The notes below the pieces were generated by a model. The model did not search any database, was not told the origin of the DNA, and worked only from the letters and a program-made list of their open reading frames with translations. Shown in pieces: positions 51,398-64,000 of a stretch of DNA of 64,000 bases. The translations under genes were made by a program, and so were the position numbers. Position 1 is the first letter of the stretch. Each line of letters begins with the position of its first letter. This DNA is from Scyliorhinus canicula (lineage: Eukaryota): assembly GCF_902713615.1 (NCBI RefSeq), contig NC_052158.1:125398535-125462534 (forward strand), in the 5' to 3' direction.

Positions 51398-53408
51398 TTT
51401 AGAGATAGAGATAGAGAAATACAGCACAGAACAGGCCCTTCGGCCCACGATGTTGCGCCGAACTTTTGTCCTAGGTTAATCATAGAATTTTGGACAATTT
51501 GTCATGGCCAATCCACCCAACCTGCACATCTTTGGACTGTGGGAGGAAACCGGAGTACCCGGAGGAAACCCACGCAGTCACGGGGAGGATGTGCAGACTC
51601 CACACAGACAGTGACCCAAGTCGAAATCGAACTTGGGACCCTGGAGCTGTGAAGCAATTGTGCTATCCACAATGCTACCGTGCTGCCCTTAAGAAGTTAA
51701 CCTACACTCCCTTATTCTACCCTAATCCAGTACCTATCCAATAGCCGCTTGAAGGTCCATAAATTTTCCGACTCAACTACTACCGCAGGCAGTGCATTCC
51801 ATGCCCCCACTACTCTCTGGTAAAGAACCTACCTCTGACATCCCCTCTATATCTTCCACCATTTATCTTAAATTTATGTCCCCTTGTAATGGTGTGTTCC
51901 ACCCGGGGAAAAAGTCTCTGACTGTCTACTCTATCTATTCCCCTGATCATCTTATAAACCTCTATCAAGTCGCCCCTCATCCTTCTCCGTTCTAATGAGA
52001 AAAAGGCCTAGCACCCTCAATCTTTCCTCGTATGACCTACTCTCCATTCCAGGCAACATCCTGGTAAATCTCCTTTGCACCTTTTCCAAAGCTTCCACAT
52101 CCTTCCTAAAATGAGGTGACCAGAACTGCACACAGTACTCCAAATGTGGCCTGACCAAGGGTTTTGGTACAGCTGCAATCATCACCTCACGGCTCTTAAA
52201 ATTCAATCCCTCTGCTAATGAACGCTAGCACACCATAGGCCTTCTTCACAGCTCTATCCACTTGAGTGGCACTTTCAAAGAACATGAACAGAGACCCCAA
52301 GATCTCTCTGCTCCTCCACAATTGCCAAAACCCTACCATTAACCCTGTATTCCGCATTCAGATTGTCCTTCCAAAATGGACAACCTCACACTTGTCAGGG
52401 TTAACTCCATCTGCCACTTCTCAGCCCAGCTCTGCATTCTATCTATGTCTCTTGAAAGCCGACAACAGCCCTCCTCACTATCCACAACTCCACCAATCTT
52501 CGTATCATCTGCAAATTTACTGACCCACCCTTCAACTCCCTCATCCAAGTCGTTAATGAAAATCACAAACAGCAGAGGACCCAGAACTGATCCTGCGGTA
52601 CGCCACTGATAACTGGGCTCCAGGCTGAATATTGCCATCCACCACAACTCTCTGTCTTCTATCGGTTAGCCAGTTGTTATCCAACTGGCCAAAATTTCCC
52701 ACTATCCCATGCCTCCTTACTTTCTGCATAAGCCTACCATGGGAACCTTATCAAATGCCTTACTAAAATCCTGTACACTACATCCACTGCTTAACCTTCA
52801 TCCACATGCTTGGTCACCTCCTTCAAAGAATTCATAAGACTTGTAAGGCAAGACCTACCCTCACAATCCGTGCTGACTATCCCTAATCAAGCAATGCCTT
52901 TCCAGATGCTCAGAAATCTTCCCTCAGTACCCTTTCCATTACTTTGCCTACCACCGAAGTAAGACTAACTGGCCTGTAATTCCCAGGGTTATCCCTATTC
53001 CCTTTTTGAACAGGGGCACGACATTCGCCACTCTCCAACCTCTGGTACCACCCCTGTTGACAGCGAGGAGAAAAGATCATTGCCAACGGCTCTGCAATTT
53101 CATTTCTTGCTTCCCAGAGAATCCTTGGATATATCCCGTCAGGCCCGGGGGACTTGTCTATCCTCAAGTTTTTCAAAACGCGCAACACATCTTCCTTCCT
53201 GACAAGTATCTCCTCAAGCTGTATCAGTCTGCTTCACGCTGTCCTCTCCAACAATATGCCCCTCTCATTTGTAAATACTGAAGAAAAAATACTTGTTCAA
53301 GACCTCTCCTATCTCTTCAGACCTCAATACACAATCTCCCGCTACTGTCCTTAATCGGACCTACTCTCACTCTAGTCCATTCTCATAGTTCTCACGTATG
53401 TGTAAAAG
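51398..53408 (-). mobile_element. 5'-truncated CR1 with an HE1 SINE (51480-51688) in its 3'UTR
   Basis: RT fragments (PGPDG, FADD, RPHLEYC); (TCTCTA)n tail; many 1-nt indels. Confidence 0.88.
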
Positions 53409-53684
53409 GTGTTTAAGGTGTTTTAAAAGTGGGATGTCCTGTTGTTTTGGGAAAACATAAAGAAGAACCTAATTTTTAGCATTGTCTGGTTATTCAGGGG
53501 ACATCTTGCACTTTGGTGTTGATAGTTATTTTCCCTCTGCTATGCTTTGAAGAGAAACTTATAAAAATCAACACAATATCAGAGGTCCAGTCAAGGTAGT
53601 GTGGGGGGAGAAGCAACCACTGTGGTTGTTAAGACATGTAACAGAGAGAAGGCATGTTTTTTATAAACTAAAGTAAGATCCTCT

Positions 53685-56600
53685 CAGGACTTTCCGGTGA
53701 CAGCATGTAGCTGGAGGTCGCGCGTTGGGTGGCTCCCTGCTCCAGGCTCTGGTTTTGGATTCTAATTCCCAATTTTGGGACAGTTTTTGAACAAGCTGGT
53801 GCAGAAAGGCATAACAAAGGTGGGGGATGCTGATGACCCTGAAGAAAGCCACTGGAAAGAAGGGGGCGAGACGAATATTCACCGTCGAGTGAACGGGTGA
53901 ACCCGGCAGGAGGAAAGAGATGGAGGCTGGATGGCTGGGTGGGGTTGCTCCCCTCACAGTGGAAACTGACCGCAGTGATGGCTGAACAATTCGAGAGGCA
54001 GTTCACTAAGCAAATGGAGGTGCTGCAAAAGGCTGCAATGAAGGAGTGGATGGAGGAGGCGATTGCCCTGTTGGAGGCGGCAGTGTCGAAGACATCAGCC
54101 AAGGTACGGGGGGGGGGGGGAAGGTGAGAAGTTGAAGGGGGTGCAGGAAGCTCTGTCGCAGCACACCTTGATGGGTGAGGAGCCGCGGAACCTAAAAGGG
54201 CTCAGAGCCAAGGCGGAGAACAAGTTGAGGCGGCAGAATCGTGGGCCTGGTGAGGGCCTGAGACTGACCCAGTACTTTGCGAAGATGTTGGCAGAGCTGC
54301 TGGGGGAGGGGGAAGAAACCTCCCAATATGAGCTACACAGGGAACATCGGTCGCTCAGGCCCAAGCTGAAAACAAACAAGCCACCAAGGGCAGTTAAATT
54401 TTGCTTCCATAATTTCACATCAAGGAGAAGTCCTGAGTTGGGAGAAGCAAAGGCTTGGGGCTGGTTTAGCACAGTGGCTAAATCGCTGGCTTGTTCACAC
54501 AGAACAGTGCCAGCAGCGGCGTGTTCAATTCCCGTACCATGCCGCCCCGAACAGGTGCCAAAATGTGGCGACTTGGGCTTTTCACAGTAACTTCCATTGA
54601 AGCCTACTCGTGACATACGCATTATTATTACATTACTTGAGACAGTGCGAGATGGCGAAGGCGTTCGTGAGGCCGAAGAACCTGAACTGAAATAAGAGAT
54701 GGGACTGAGATTTGGGACTTGGACTGAGAGATTTGGACTGTGCTTAGCCTTTATCTCTCTTTTTGGTTGTGTCTTGTTCTGTATTTTGGAACAGCTGGGT
54801 TTTTGGTTAGTTGATAGTCACAGTTGGCTACAATCATATTGTTCTTGTGTTTTATGGCGCTTTTCCGAAGGCGCAGTTTGGAGGGTGGTGGGGAGAGGGA
54901 CTTGCGGTCGTTGGAATGTGGTCAAACAGATTTCGATGGACCTAGCAGGTATTGGTGGGCAACGTTTCAGATGAGAAAGGTAGGTGTGGACCCGGGGGGA
55001 GGGCAGCTATATTATAGTGATGGGGGGCGCTGGAGAGAAGGTTGGTGGCACGTGACGCGTAGAGGCTCCGCTTCCAATGGCTCCAGGAAGGTATTCGGCG
55101 AGTCCGGTGGTGGTTGCCACATTGAAGATTTGAGGCAGTTTTTTTTTTATAATGTTTTAATTTCAGTTTTCATATTTTATATTGAACAAATTACAAATTG
55201 TTAGGAGAGAAAAAGAACAAAAAAAAAAAAAAAAAAAAAAAAAAAACCAACAAACAACACGCAAAAATGAACATACATCTTTACAGGTAATCATCTTCGT
55301 AGTAGTAACTGCGCCCCCCCCCCCCCCCCACCCCCCAACATGTTTATTTAGTTTGGTTTTGGGCCTTAGCTAGCCATCGAACCCCCGTACCGAACCTGTA
55401 AGCCCCTCCGCTACCTTCCCCCGACTATTCTTCCTCTTGTACATTGGCCACAAATAGGTCCCGGAACAGTTGCATGAATGGCTCCCACGTTCTGTGGAAG
55501 CCGTCGTCCGACCTCTCGGATGGCAAATTTTGATTTTCCTCCATTTGGAGAGATTCCGAGAGGTCGGACAGCCATCCGCAGCTCTGGGCGGTGCTGCTGA
55601 CCGCCAGCCAAACAGGATTCTAACGGCGGGCGATCAGGAGGCAAAGGCAAGGGCGTCCGCCCTCACTCCCCAGGAATAGATCTGGCTGTTCTGAAACCCC
55701 GAAGACCGCCACTATCGGGCATGGCTCCACCCTCACTCCCACCACTTTGGACATAACCTCGAAGAAGGCTGTCCAGGTACTCCACGAGTCTGGGGCAAGA
55801 CCAGAACATGTGGGCGTGGTTGGCCGGGCCTCTTTGGCACCGTTCACATCTGTCTTCCACCTCCGGAAGAACCCACTCATACGGGTTCTTGTTAAGTGGG
55901 CTCTATGTACCACTTTTAGTTGCGTCAGGCTGAGCCTTGCGCACGTGGAGGTGGAGTTGACCCTATTGCAGTGCTTCGCTCCAGAGTCCCCACCCTATCT
56001 CCATCCCAGGTCGTCCTCCCATTTCCTTCTTGTTGCGTCCAGTACGGTGTCGTCCCTATCTACCAGTCGGTCATACATGTCACTACAGTTCCCTTTCTCT
56101 AGGATACTTGCGTCCAGTAGGTCCTCCAGTAGTGTCCGTCGTGGCGGCCGTGGGTACGTCCCCGTCTCCTTTCGTAGAAGTTTTTGAGCTGCAGGTACCA
56201 GTAGCTCGCTCCCCCCCAGCTAGCCGAAACTTCTCTGTCAGTTCGTCCAGTGTTGCGATCCTGTCGTCCGTGTATAGGTCCCCGACTGTCAGTGTCCCCC
56301 CCGTCCCGCCTCCACCTTTTGAAGGTGGCGTCAGTCAGTGCTGGTGTGAACCTATGGTTGTTGCAGATGGGAGCCCCGCCCGACACCTTGTCAGGCCAAG
56401 TTGCTGCCGCAGTTGGTTCCAGGATTGGAGGGGTGGCTGTCACCACTGGGCTGCTGGAGTGTTTTTTGGGTGGGATGGGAGTGCTGCCGTGGGGCGAGGG
56501 CCCGGAGGGAGGTTCCCATGCAGGAGGCCTCCTCCGCACGCACCCACTCAGGCCTCTGGCTCCTGGATCCATCCCCTTACTCGCATCGGCTTGTTGCTGC

Positions 56601-58909
56601 CCAGTGGGTAGAATTGTAGATTCGGGAGGGCTAGCCCTCCCCTGGTTTTTGTTTTTTGTAAGACCTTCTTTGGGATCCTAGCATTTTTACCCCCCATACG
56701 AACGCCATGATGAGTTGTCCAGCGCTTTGAAAAAAGGCCTTGGGGATGTAGATTCGGAATGGATCTAACAGGAAGAGGAACCTGGGCAGTACGTTCATTT
56801 TGATCGTCTGAACTCTCCCCCGCAGGAGGGAGAGCGGGAGTGTGTTCCATCTTTGCAGGTCCTTTTTAACTTCCTCCGTCAGGCTGGTGAGGTTCCATTT
56901 GTGGATCCCTTTCCAGTCATGGGCTATTTGGATCCCCAGGTAGCGGAATTTATGTCGGGCTTGATTGAACGGCAGCCCCTTTAGTGCTGCCCCCCCCCCC
57001 CCTTGCGGGTGTACTGGGAAGATCTCACTTTTGCTCATGTTGAGTTTGTAGCCCGAGAAGGCTCCAAACTCTTTCAGGAGCGCGATGATTCCGTCCATGC
57101 TGCTTTGTGGGTCCGAGATATAGAGGAGCAGATCATCCGCATAGAGTGAGACTCTGTGCTCTCTACCTCCCCTTCGGATCCCCCTCCAATTTTTTGCTGC
57201 CCTGAGCGCGATTGCTAGCGGTTCAATTGCTAGTGCGAACAGCAGCGGGGACAGTGGGCATCCTTGTCTGGTGCCCCTGTGCAGCTGGAAGTATTGGGAG
57301 TTGGTATTGTTGGTCTGTACACTCGCCATGGGTGCGTTGTACAGGAGCTTTACCCAAGCGGTGAACCCTGTTCCAAGCCCGAACCGCTCCAGTACCTCTA
57401 TGAGGTATTTCCACTCGACTCTGTCGAAGGCCTTTTCTGCGTCCAGGGAGACGATCACCTCTTGTGTTCTCTCCCCGGAGGGGGTCATTATCACGTTCAG
57501 CAGGCGCCTGATGTTCGCGGTAAGCTGTCTACCTTTGACAAAGCCCGTCTGGTCCTCTGTGACCACCTCAGGTACACAGTCTTCTAGCCTCTTGGCTAGG
57601 ATTTTGGCCAGTATTTTGGCGTCTGCATTCAGCAGAGATATGGGTCTGTATGACCCACATTCCGTTGGGTCTTTGTCTTTCTTAGGTATCAGCGAGATTG
57701 AGGCCTGTGCTAACGTGGGTGGCAATGTGCCCCTAGCTAGCGAGTCTGTGAACATCTCCCGCAGGTGCGGGGCCAGCGCTGTCGCAAATTTTTGTAGAAG
57801 TCCGCCGGGAATCCGTCCGGGTCCCGCGCCTTCCCCGCCTGCATGGAGCTAATGCTGTCCATGATCTCTCCCAGTGCTAGTGGTGCTTCCAGATCCCGTT
57901 TTCTGCCCTCTCCCACAACTGGTATGTCCAGTCCGTCAAGAAACCGGTTCATCCCAGCCTTCCCCGTTGGGGGCTCTGAGGTGTACAGCTCTTGGTAGAA
58001 GGCCTTGAAGGTTTTGTTAATCCTCTCTGGTTCTGTTTCCAACGTGCCTCTGGTATCTCTGATTTGCGCAATTTCTCTGCTGGCTGCCTGCTTTCTCAGC
58101 TGGTGGGCCAACAGGCGGCTGGCTTTGTCTCCGTGTTCGTATAGGGCCCCGCGTGCCTGGCGGAGTTGGTGTACTGCTTTCCTGGTGGAGAGCAGGTCAA
58201 AGTTCCTTTGTAATTCTTTCCTCTCCGCCAGGAGTTCTACGGTCGGGGCCTCGGAGTATTTATGGTCTACCTCCAGTATGGAGTCGACCAGCTTCTGCCT
58301 AGCCACCCTTTCCTCCCTATCTCTTTGCGCTTTGTAGGCTATGATTTCCCCTCTTAGTACGGCCTTAAGCGCTTCCCAGAACGTGGAGGGTGAGACCTCC
58401 CCGTTTGGTTGATCTCAGTGTACACCGCTATGGCCCGCGCTATCCTTTCGCTGAAGGCCTTGTCAGCTAGTAAGGCACCGTCCAACCTCCATTTGGGGCG
58501 CTGGGCCCTTCCCGTCTCTAGCCGCACATCCATGTAGTGTGGGGCGTGGTCTGATATCACAATTGCGGAGTATTCCACCTTGTCTATCTCTGGAAGCACC
58601 GTTTTCCCCACCACAAAGAAGTCAATTCTGGTGTACACGTTGTGTTTTGAGGCAGTTTGACAGCATTTTAAGCTGAGGGCTGGGTCGGGGAGGGGGCAAT
58701 GCCGACTAGGAGGAATCATGTGTTCGAGCGAAGTAGAATGGATGCAAGATTTTGGAAATGGATCGAGAGGAGGATTAGGGAAGGATTTGTTCCTTTGGGG
58801 ACGATTCGTGAGCCTAAGGAGTTGGGGGCATTGTTTTTTTTATATTGTTGGTGTTGTTCTTGTTTTTCTTTTGTATGGTGAAAATTTACCAAATTAGAAG
58901 ATTTAAAAA
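53685..58909 (+). mobile_element. Internally deleted L1-clade element hosting a SINE and a younger L1
   Basis: L1-type 5' end, ORF1 remnants (YELHREHRSL..KPPRAV), 16-bp TSD taaagtaagatcctct at 53669 and 58910. Confidence 0.8.
55142..58645 (-). mobile_element. Young 5'-truncated L1-clade LINE (endonuclease end + RT + C-terminus)
   Basis: RIDFF, ISDHAP, YRPISLLN, DAEKAFD, GTRQGCPLSP, LYADD, MFWSCPRL; 13-bp TSD tttgaggcagttt at 55129 and 58646. Confidence 0.93.
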
Positions 58910-59211
58910 TAAAGTAAGATCCTCTGACATGTGCTTTTAGAACATGTGCTCTTTATTTTTTCAGAAATAGAAATTGTATTCATTGTACCAAAGATCACAG
59001 TAATATCGTTGCAACAGTCCCAAGTCCTATTACCACACTAGAAAGTGGGTGTTACCCTCAAGAGGAGCGGGAAAAATTAGGCAACTACTCCCCTTTAGGC
59101 AGTGACCGACATCAGTGCACTCGAGATTTAGTTTAAAGTTGGTGTACCTTGATATCTCCTTCACTATGTTCCTATTTTTCATGTTATTAATAGTTCTCAT
59201 TCTGATAATAG

Positions 59212-59340
59212 GCAATTTGCTTTGGAAGTGATCAATGAAACTTTGCAGGAGCTAAATTATTCTGGAACATTTATGTCTCTACTGAATGTTGTCGAATGGG
59301 AGAAGAAGAAAAAAATCAACATGCAAAATGTTATCATCAG
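59212..59340 (+). CDS. IQCG: IQCG/DRC9 coding exon
   Basis: QFALEVINETLQELNYSGTFMSLLNVVEWEKKKKINMQNVII resembles IQCG; TAG acceptor and GTCAG donor; phase 2 to 2. Confidence 0.88.
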
Positions 59341-60254
59341 GTCAGCTTTGACATCCACGGTACTCTTAGTATTTACTTAAAAGGGCAGCTCACTGAGTAT
59401 CTATATGAATAACTTATACTCACCATACAGCTGATCAATAGGTAACATGCAGTCTGCAGTGGAATAGCCACTAATCCAAATTCCTCCCACTACTCAGTTA
59501 ATTGGAAACTCTGAGGGAATAATTTGTTCAAAGCATCGCCAGACCATGTAGATTCCCCGGGGACAGACGGTGTTACAAGCTTTTACCTGTGGTGATTATT
59601 TCAAAAAATGTGTGCTGGAACTAGTACTGCTCAGCTGTATTTCACTCACTTTACCTCATTCTTTTCAATTAAAAGAACAGTAAGTTAGTGAATTGTGTCA
59701 AATAAGGGATGAGGAGCAGGGTACAGAATTTTATTAATAAACACTGGTCTACATCAAAGACATATCTCCTAATTTCACCATTTTAGATGTACTGCTTCCC
59801 AATTCCTTGCTACTGCATTCAGGTGTGAAATGTGGACACTTCTGGGAGGTGCAGAACTTGTCCCATCTTTTGCCAGTTTTGCTCCGAGTAATCTGATAGT
59901 AGCTTCAACTTAAGTGCAGTGAGTGTGTTCTATCTATCCTTTCAGAGAGCTACCCCATCTAATGGTCCACCTGTCAACTGGCAGCACTGATCCTTAAGTA
60001 ATTGGTTTGGAGTAACAGTGGAAGTTGGCATTCTAATTCAGCACCACAAGATAGAAACTCTATGTCACTGCAATTGCTAAGGCACTTTTGAATATTCTGT
60101 GTATTGCAACTATAATTCCTATAAATATAAAAAGTTTATTCACAAATTCAAGTTAATCAGTGAGTCATTGTAATTTTTGGAGTTAATAATAAATGCTGCT
60201 ATCTATTCCTGTTGTGCAAGCTTTGTAAAAACTTTTAAAAAAATTATTTCACAG

Positions 60255-60336
60255 GGAGGAGGAAGGCAGAAGAAAAATTAAAGTTTTGAAAAAGCAGCTG
60301 CTCAATTTACAAAAAGAAAGAGAGGCTGAACAACAG
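60255..60336 (+). CDS. IQCG: IQCG/DRC9 coding exon (gene continues beyond window)
   Basis: EEEGRRKIKVLKKQLLNLQKEREAEQQ; CAG acceptor and GT donor; phase 2 to 0. Confidence 0.88.
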
Positions 60337-61177
60337 GTGCTAAGCTTTTCGTTGTCTGATGCCTTTTATGTTCTTCACAACAGAATTCTGCTCCTTCAAA
60401 CGCTGAACTCGAGAGTGAGACGTACAATTTCAACCTTTGTGAAGCCATCAAATTAGGGAGACGGAGGGTTCGTAGTGTCTGTATTTAATGCTCAGGAGGA
60501 CTGATACAGAATACAATAATACATTAATAAACTTGCAAAATTGCTAATGTTTAATTGGCAAATGAATTTCAATATTGATGAGAAAATGCATTTTTAGTAG
60601 GGAGATTTTAAAAAACATTTTTCCAATTAAACGTGCAATTTAGCATGGCAAATCCACCTACCCTGCACATCTTTGGGGTTGTGGAGGTGAGATCCACGCA
60701 GACACAGGGAGAATGTGCAAACTACTGCGCCACCGTGCTACGCTATATTTTTGTAGGAAGAATAAGGAAGCCACCTACGTCTTGGATAATAAGAATCTAA
60801 AAGAGTTAGGGAAACAAAGGATGTCAGAACATAGATACACAGGTCATTATCGGTAGCGATGCAGATTAATAAAGCCACAAGCAAAGCAAACAAAGTACTT
60901 GGGGTCTTTTCTAGAGGGCTCGAATTTTAAAACAGGGAAGTTGTATACAAACTTGATTGGATTATACTTAGCACTATGCACAGTTCTCTGTTGCAGAAAT
61001 TATAGAGTCCTGGAAAGACACAAAATAATTTACAAGGATGATATAATTGGAAAAGATTGAACAGGCCGAAAGTCTTTTCTCGAGAAAAGAATATGTTGAG
61101 GGATGATCCAATGGTGATCTTGAAAATTATGAATGGTTTCAATAGAAATTTGTTTGCATTAGTGCAATGCAAACCTT

Positions 61178-61395
61178 GGGTGGCATGGTGATGCAGTGGT
61201 TAGCGTTGCTGCCTCACGGCGCTGAGGACCCGGCTTTGATCCCGGTCCTGGGTCACTGTCCATGTAGAGTTTGCACATTCTCCCAGTGTCTGCGTGGGTC
61301 TCACCCCCACAATCCAAATATGCGTAGGGTAGGTCAATTGGCTCTGCTATTGCTTAATTTTTTAAAAAAAATTGGGTACTTTAATTTTTTTTAAA
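61178..61395 (+). mobile_element. HE1 / V-SINE
   Basis: Head + V-domain. Confidence 0.8.
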
Positions 61396-61812
61396 AAGTA
61401 CAATGCAAACTTAAGTTGATTCCCTCAGGCTGGCAGATTTGTGGGCTAATACCTGCATGGCTTCATTCATTAGTATAATTGAAGAATGCCACCCGGACTT
61501 CATGGGGAGCATCCTGCAGAGTTGTTTCCCCTATGAATTAAGTTAAGTCCCGATAGCACCACTTCAACAAATTTCTCCCACAAATTCTGTAATTTCCACT
61601 CCGGACTAGGAGGTGAAGCATCACGTTCTGAAGACAGGATGATGTCTTTAGGTCAGATCCAGATTCGCCATGCTTCAATGCACCTATTCATGAAATGGGC
61701 GACAATGGCAACATTACATCCATCTCCTTTTGCATTAAAAACATGGCCAGTCCAGTTGAGAAAATTGAAGCATTTATGATAAAAATGTAAAGACACAGCT
61801 TTGTTCTCTGAA

Positions 61813-62500
61813 ACGGCGTTAGTGGGGGGGGGGTGCGGCGTTAGTGGGGGGGGGTGCGGCGTTAGTGGGGAGGGTGCGGCGTTAGTGGGGAGGGTGCGGC
61901 GTTAGTGGGGGGGTGCGGCGTTAGTAGGGGGGGGTGCGGCGTTAGTGGGGGGGGTGCGGCGTTAGTGGGGGGGGTGCGGCGTTAGTGGGGGGGGTGCGGC
62001 GTTAGTGGGGGGGTGCGGCGTTAGGGGGGGGTGCGGCGTTAGGGGGGGGTGTGGCGTTAGTGGGGGGGTGCGGCGTTAGTGGGGGGGTGCGGCGTTAGTG
62101 GGGGGGGTGCGGCGTTAGTGGGGGGGGGGTGCGGCGTTAGTGGGGGGGTGCGGCGTTAGTGGGGGGGGTGCGGCGTTAGTGGGGGTGGTGCGGCGTTAGT
62201 GGGGGGGGTGCGGCGTTAGTGGGGGGGGTGCGGCGTTAGTGGGGGGGTGCGGCGTTAGTGGGGGGGTGCGGCGTTAGTGGGGGGGTGCGGCGTTAGTGGG
62301 GGGGGTGCGGCGTTAGTGGGGGGGGTGCGGCGTTTGGGGGGGAGGGGGGGTGCGGCGTTTGGGGGGGGAGGGGGGGTGCGGCGTTTGGGGGGGTGCGGGC
62401 GTTTGGGGGGGGTGCGGCGTTTGGGGGGGGGGGGTGCGGCGTTTGGGGGGGTGCGGCGTTTGGGGGGGTGCGGCATTTGGGGGGGTGCGGCGTTGAGGGG
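61813..62500 (+). repeat. G-rich minisatellite, unit ~19-21 bp GCGGCGTTAGT(G)nT
   Basis: More than 30 tandem units with variable G-run length. Confidence 0.95.
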
Positions 62501-63139
62501 GGGTACCGGCTTTGAGAGAGAGGGGGGTTACCGGCGTTGAGGGGGGGGGGTTGCGGCGTTGAGAGAGAGAGGGGGGCAAGCGTTGGAGGGGGTAGGGGGG
62601 TAGGGGTTGTGGGTAGGGGGTAGGGGTGGTGGGGAGGGGGGGGTAGGGGGGGGGTGGAGTGGGAGGGGGTAGGGGTGGTGGGGAGGGGGGTAAGGGCGTT
62701 GGGAGGGGGCAGGGGTGGTGAGGGAGGGTAGGGGTGGTGAGGGGGGTTTGGGGACCGTTGGAGGGCGTAGGTGGTGAGGGGGGGTTGGGGTAGGGGGGCA
62801 GCGGCGTGCAGAGGGGGCGGACGGTGACAGCTGGGCCCCGGCCATCCGTCGCCCCCCCCCCTCTGCAGGCCGCCTGCCCCCTACACCAACCCCCCCTCCA
62901 ACGCCGCCCCCCCCCTCTCTTACGCCGGTACCCCCCCCTCTCCTCTCAACACAGGTAACCGCCCCCTCTCCCCTCTCCTCTCAACTCAACGCCGCAACCC
63001 ACCCCTCTCCTCCCCTCTCCCCCTCTCCTCTCAAACGCAGGTAACCCCCCTCTCCGCTCCTCTCAACTCAATGCCGCAACCCCCTCCCCCCCCTCAAATC
63101 AACGCAGGTAACCCCCCTCTCCCCTCTCCTCTCAACTCA

Positions 63140-63313
63140 NNNNNNNNNNNNNNNNNNNNNNNNNNNNNNNNNNNNNNNNNNNNNNNNNNNNNNNNNNNNN
63201 NNNNNNNNNNNNNNNNNNNNNNNNNNNNNNNNNNNNNNNNNNNNNNNNNNNNNNNNNNNNNNNNNNNNNNNNNNNNNNNNNNNNNNNNNNNNNNNNNNNN
63301 NNNNNNNNNNNNN
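63140..63313. other. Assembly gap in a C-rich repeat
   Basis: Run of N. Confidence 0.99.
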
Positions 63314-64000
63314 CTCCTCTCCCCCCCCCCCCCAAACGCCGGGTCTCTCCCTTCTCCTCCCCCCCCACCCAAACGCCGGATCTCTCCCTTCTGCTCCCCC
63401 CCCCCAAACGCCGGATCTCTCCCTTCTGCTCCCCCCCCCAAACGCCGAGTCTCTCTCTTCTCCCCCCCCCCCCCCCCCCCCAAACGTCGGGTCTCTCTTT
63501 CTCCTCCCCCCACCCCCAAACGCCGGGTCTCTCTTCCTCCCCCAACCCCCCCAACGCCGGGTGTCTCTCTCCCCACCACACAAACGCCGGGACTCGCCAC
63601 TTCCGCAGCGGGTGAAACTGACGCATATCGCGTCAGTCCGCTGCTGGCCCTTTCGGGAACGGAGATTACCGGCTTAAAAGAAGGCCCTGACGCCGGAGTC
63701 ATCCGCACCGCTTTTTCCCGCTGGAAATGGGCGTCACGTCGGTCCGCGGAGAATTTCGCCCACTATTCAGACAGAGTGGATGAAAATTCAGGCAACCTGA
63801 AACAAATTTTTAAGAGCACAAAGTCACCATTATCTTCGGAATAATATAGTTGTATAGGGGCTTTTCACAGTAACTTCATTGAAGCCTACTCGTGACAAGC
63901 GATTTTCATTTCATTTCATTTCAGTTGTAAAAACAGAAATACAAACATATCTGCTCAGGTTATTGAGCATGTTCAATATTTGGAGAGATGTAAATCAATC

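Noticed and set aside
61813-62500. CRISPR-like or telomeric array
   Set aside because: No unique spacers (only G-run variation), eukaryotic context, and the unit is not (TTAGGG)n
62255-63844. Pro/Gly/Arg-rich ORFs
   Set aside because: Translations of the minisatellite and N gap

Overview
Vertebrate genomic DNA, almost certainly a cartilaginous fish (shark; HE1/V-SINEs, SacSINE1-type SINEs, shark-type CR1, L1 and Penelope elements). Three host genes were reconstructed by hand from splice signals. (1) A C2orf72-like gene on the minus strand (large coding exon 3589-4243). (2) A complete RPL35A on the minus strand (5 exons, 110 aa, 5'TOP start near 36150). (3) Head-to-head with it, the 5' part of IQCG/DRC9 on the plus strand (five coding exons, 36560-60336, continuing beyond the window), with a near-perfect RFX X-box. 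Most of the rest is transposon-derived: a near full-length CR1 LINE, further CR1 copies, nested L1s with clean TSDs, Rex/Babar, solo LTRs, a Gypsy remnant, MITE/foldback elements and Penelope-like elements carrying minimal hammerhead ribozymes. The most interesting signals are: a textbook -1 frameshift heptamer plus G-tracts at the CR1 ORF1/ORF2 junction, where ORF2 has no ATG before its endonuclease; an apparent small intron in the CR1 5'UTR; a non-autonomous Penelope unit with three hammerheads and a 76-bp inverted repeat; several structured-RNA candidates in RPL35A introns; and a G-rich/C-rich foldback minisatellite. All calls come from reading the sequence by eye; no searches were run and repeat boundaries are approximate.
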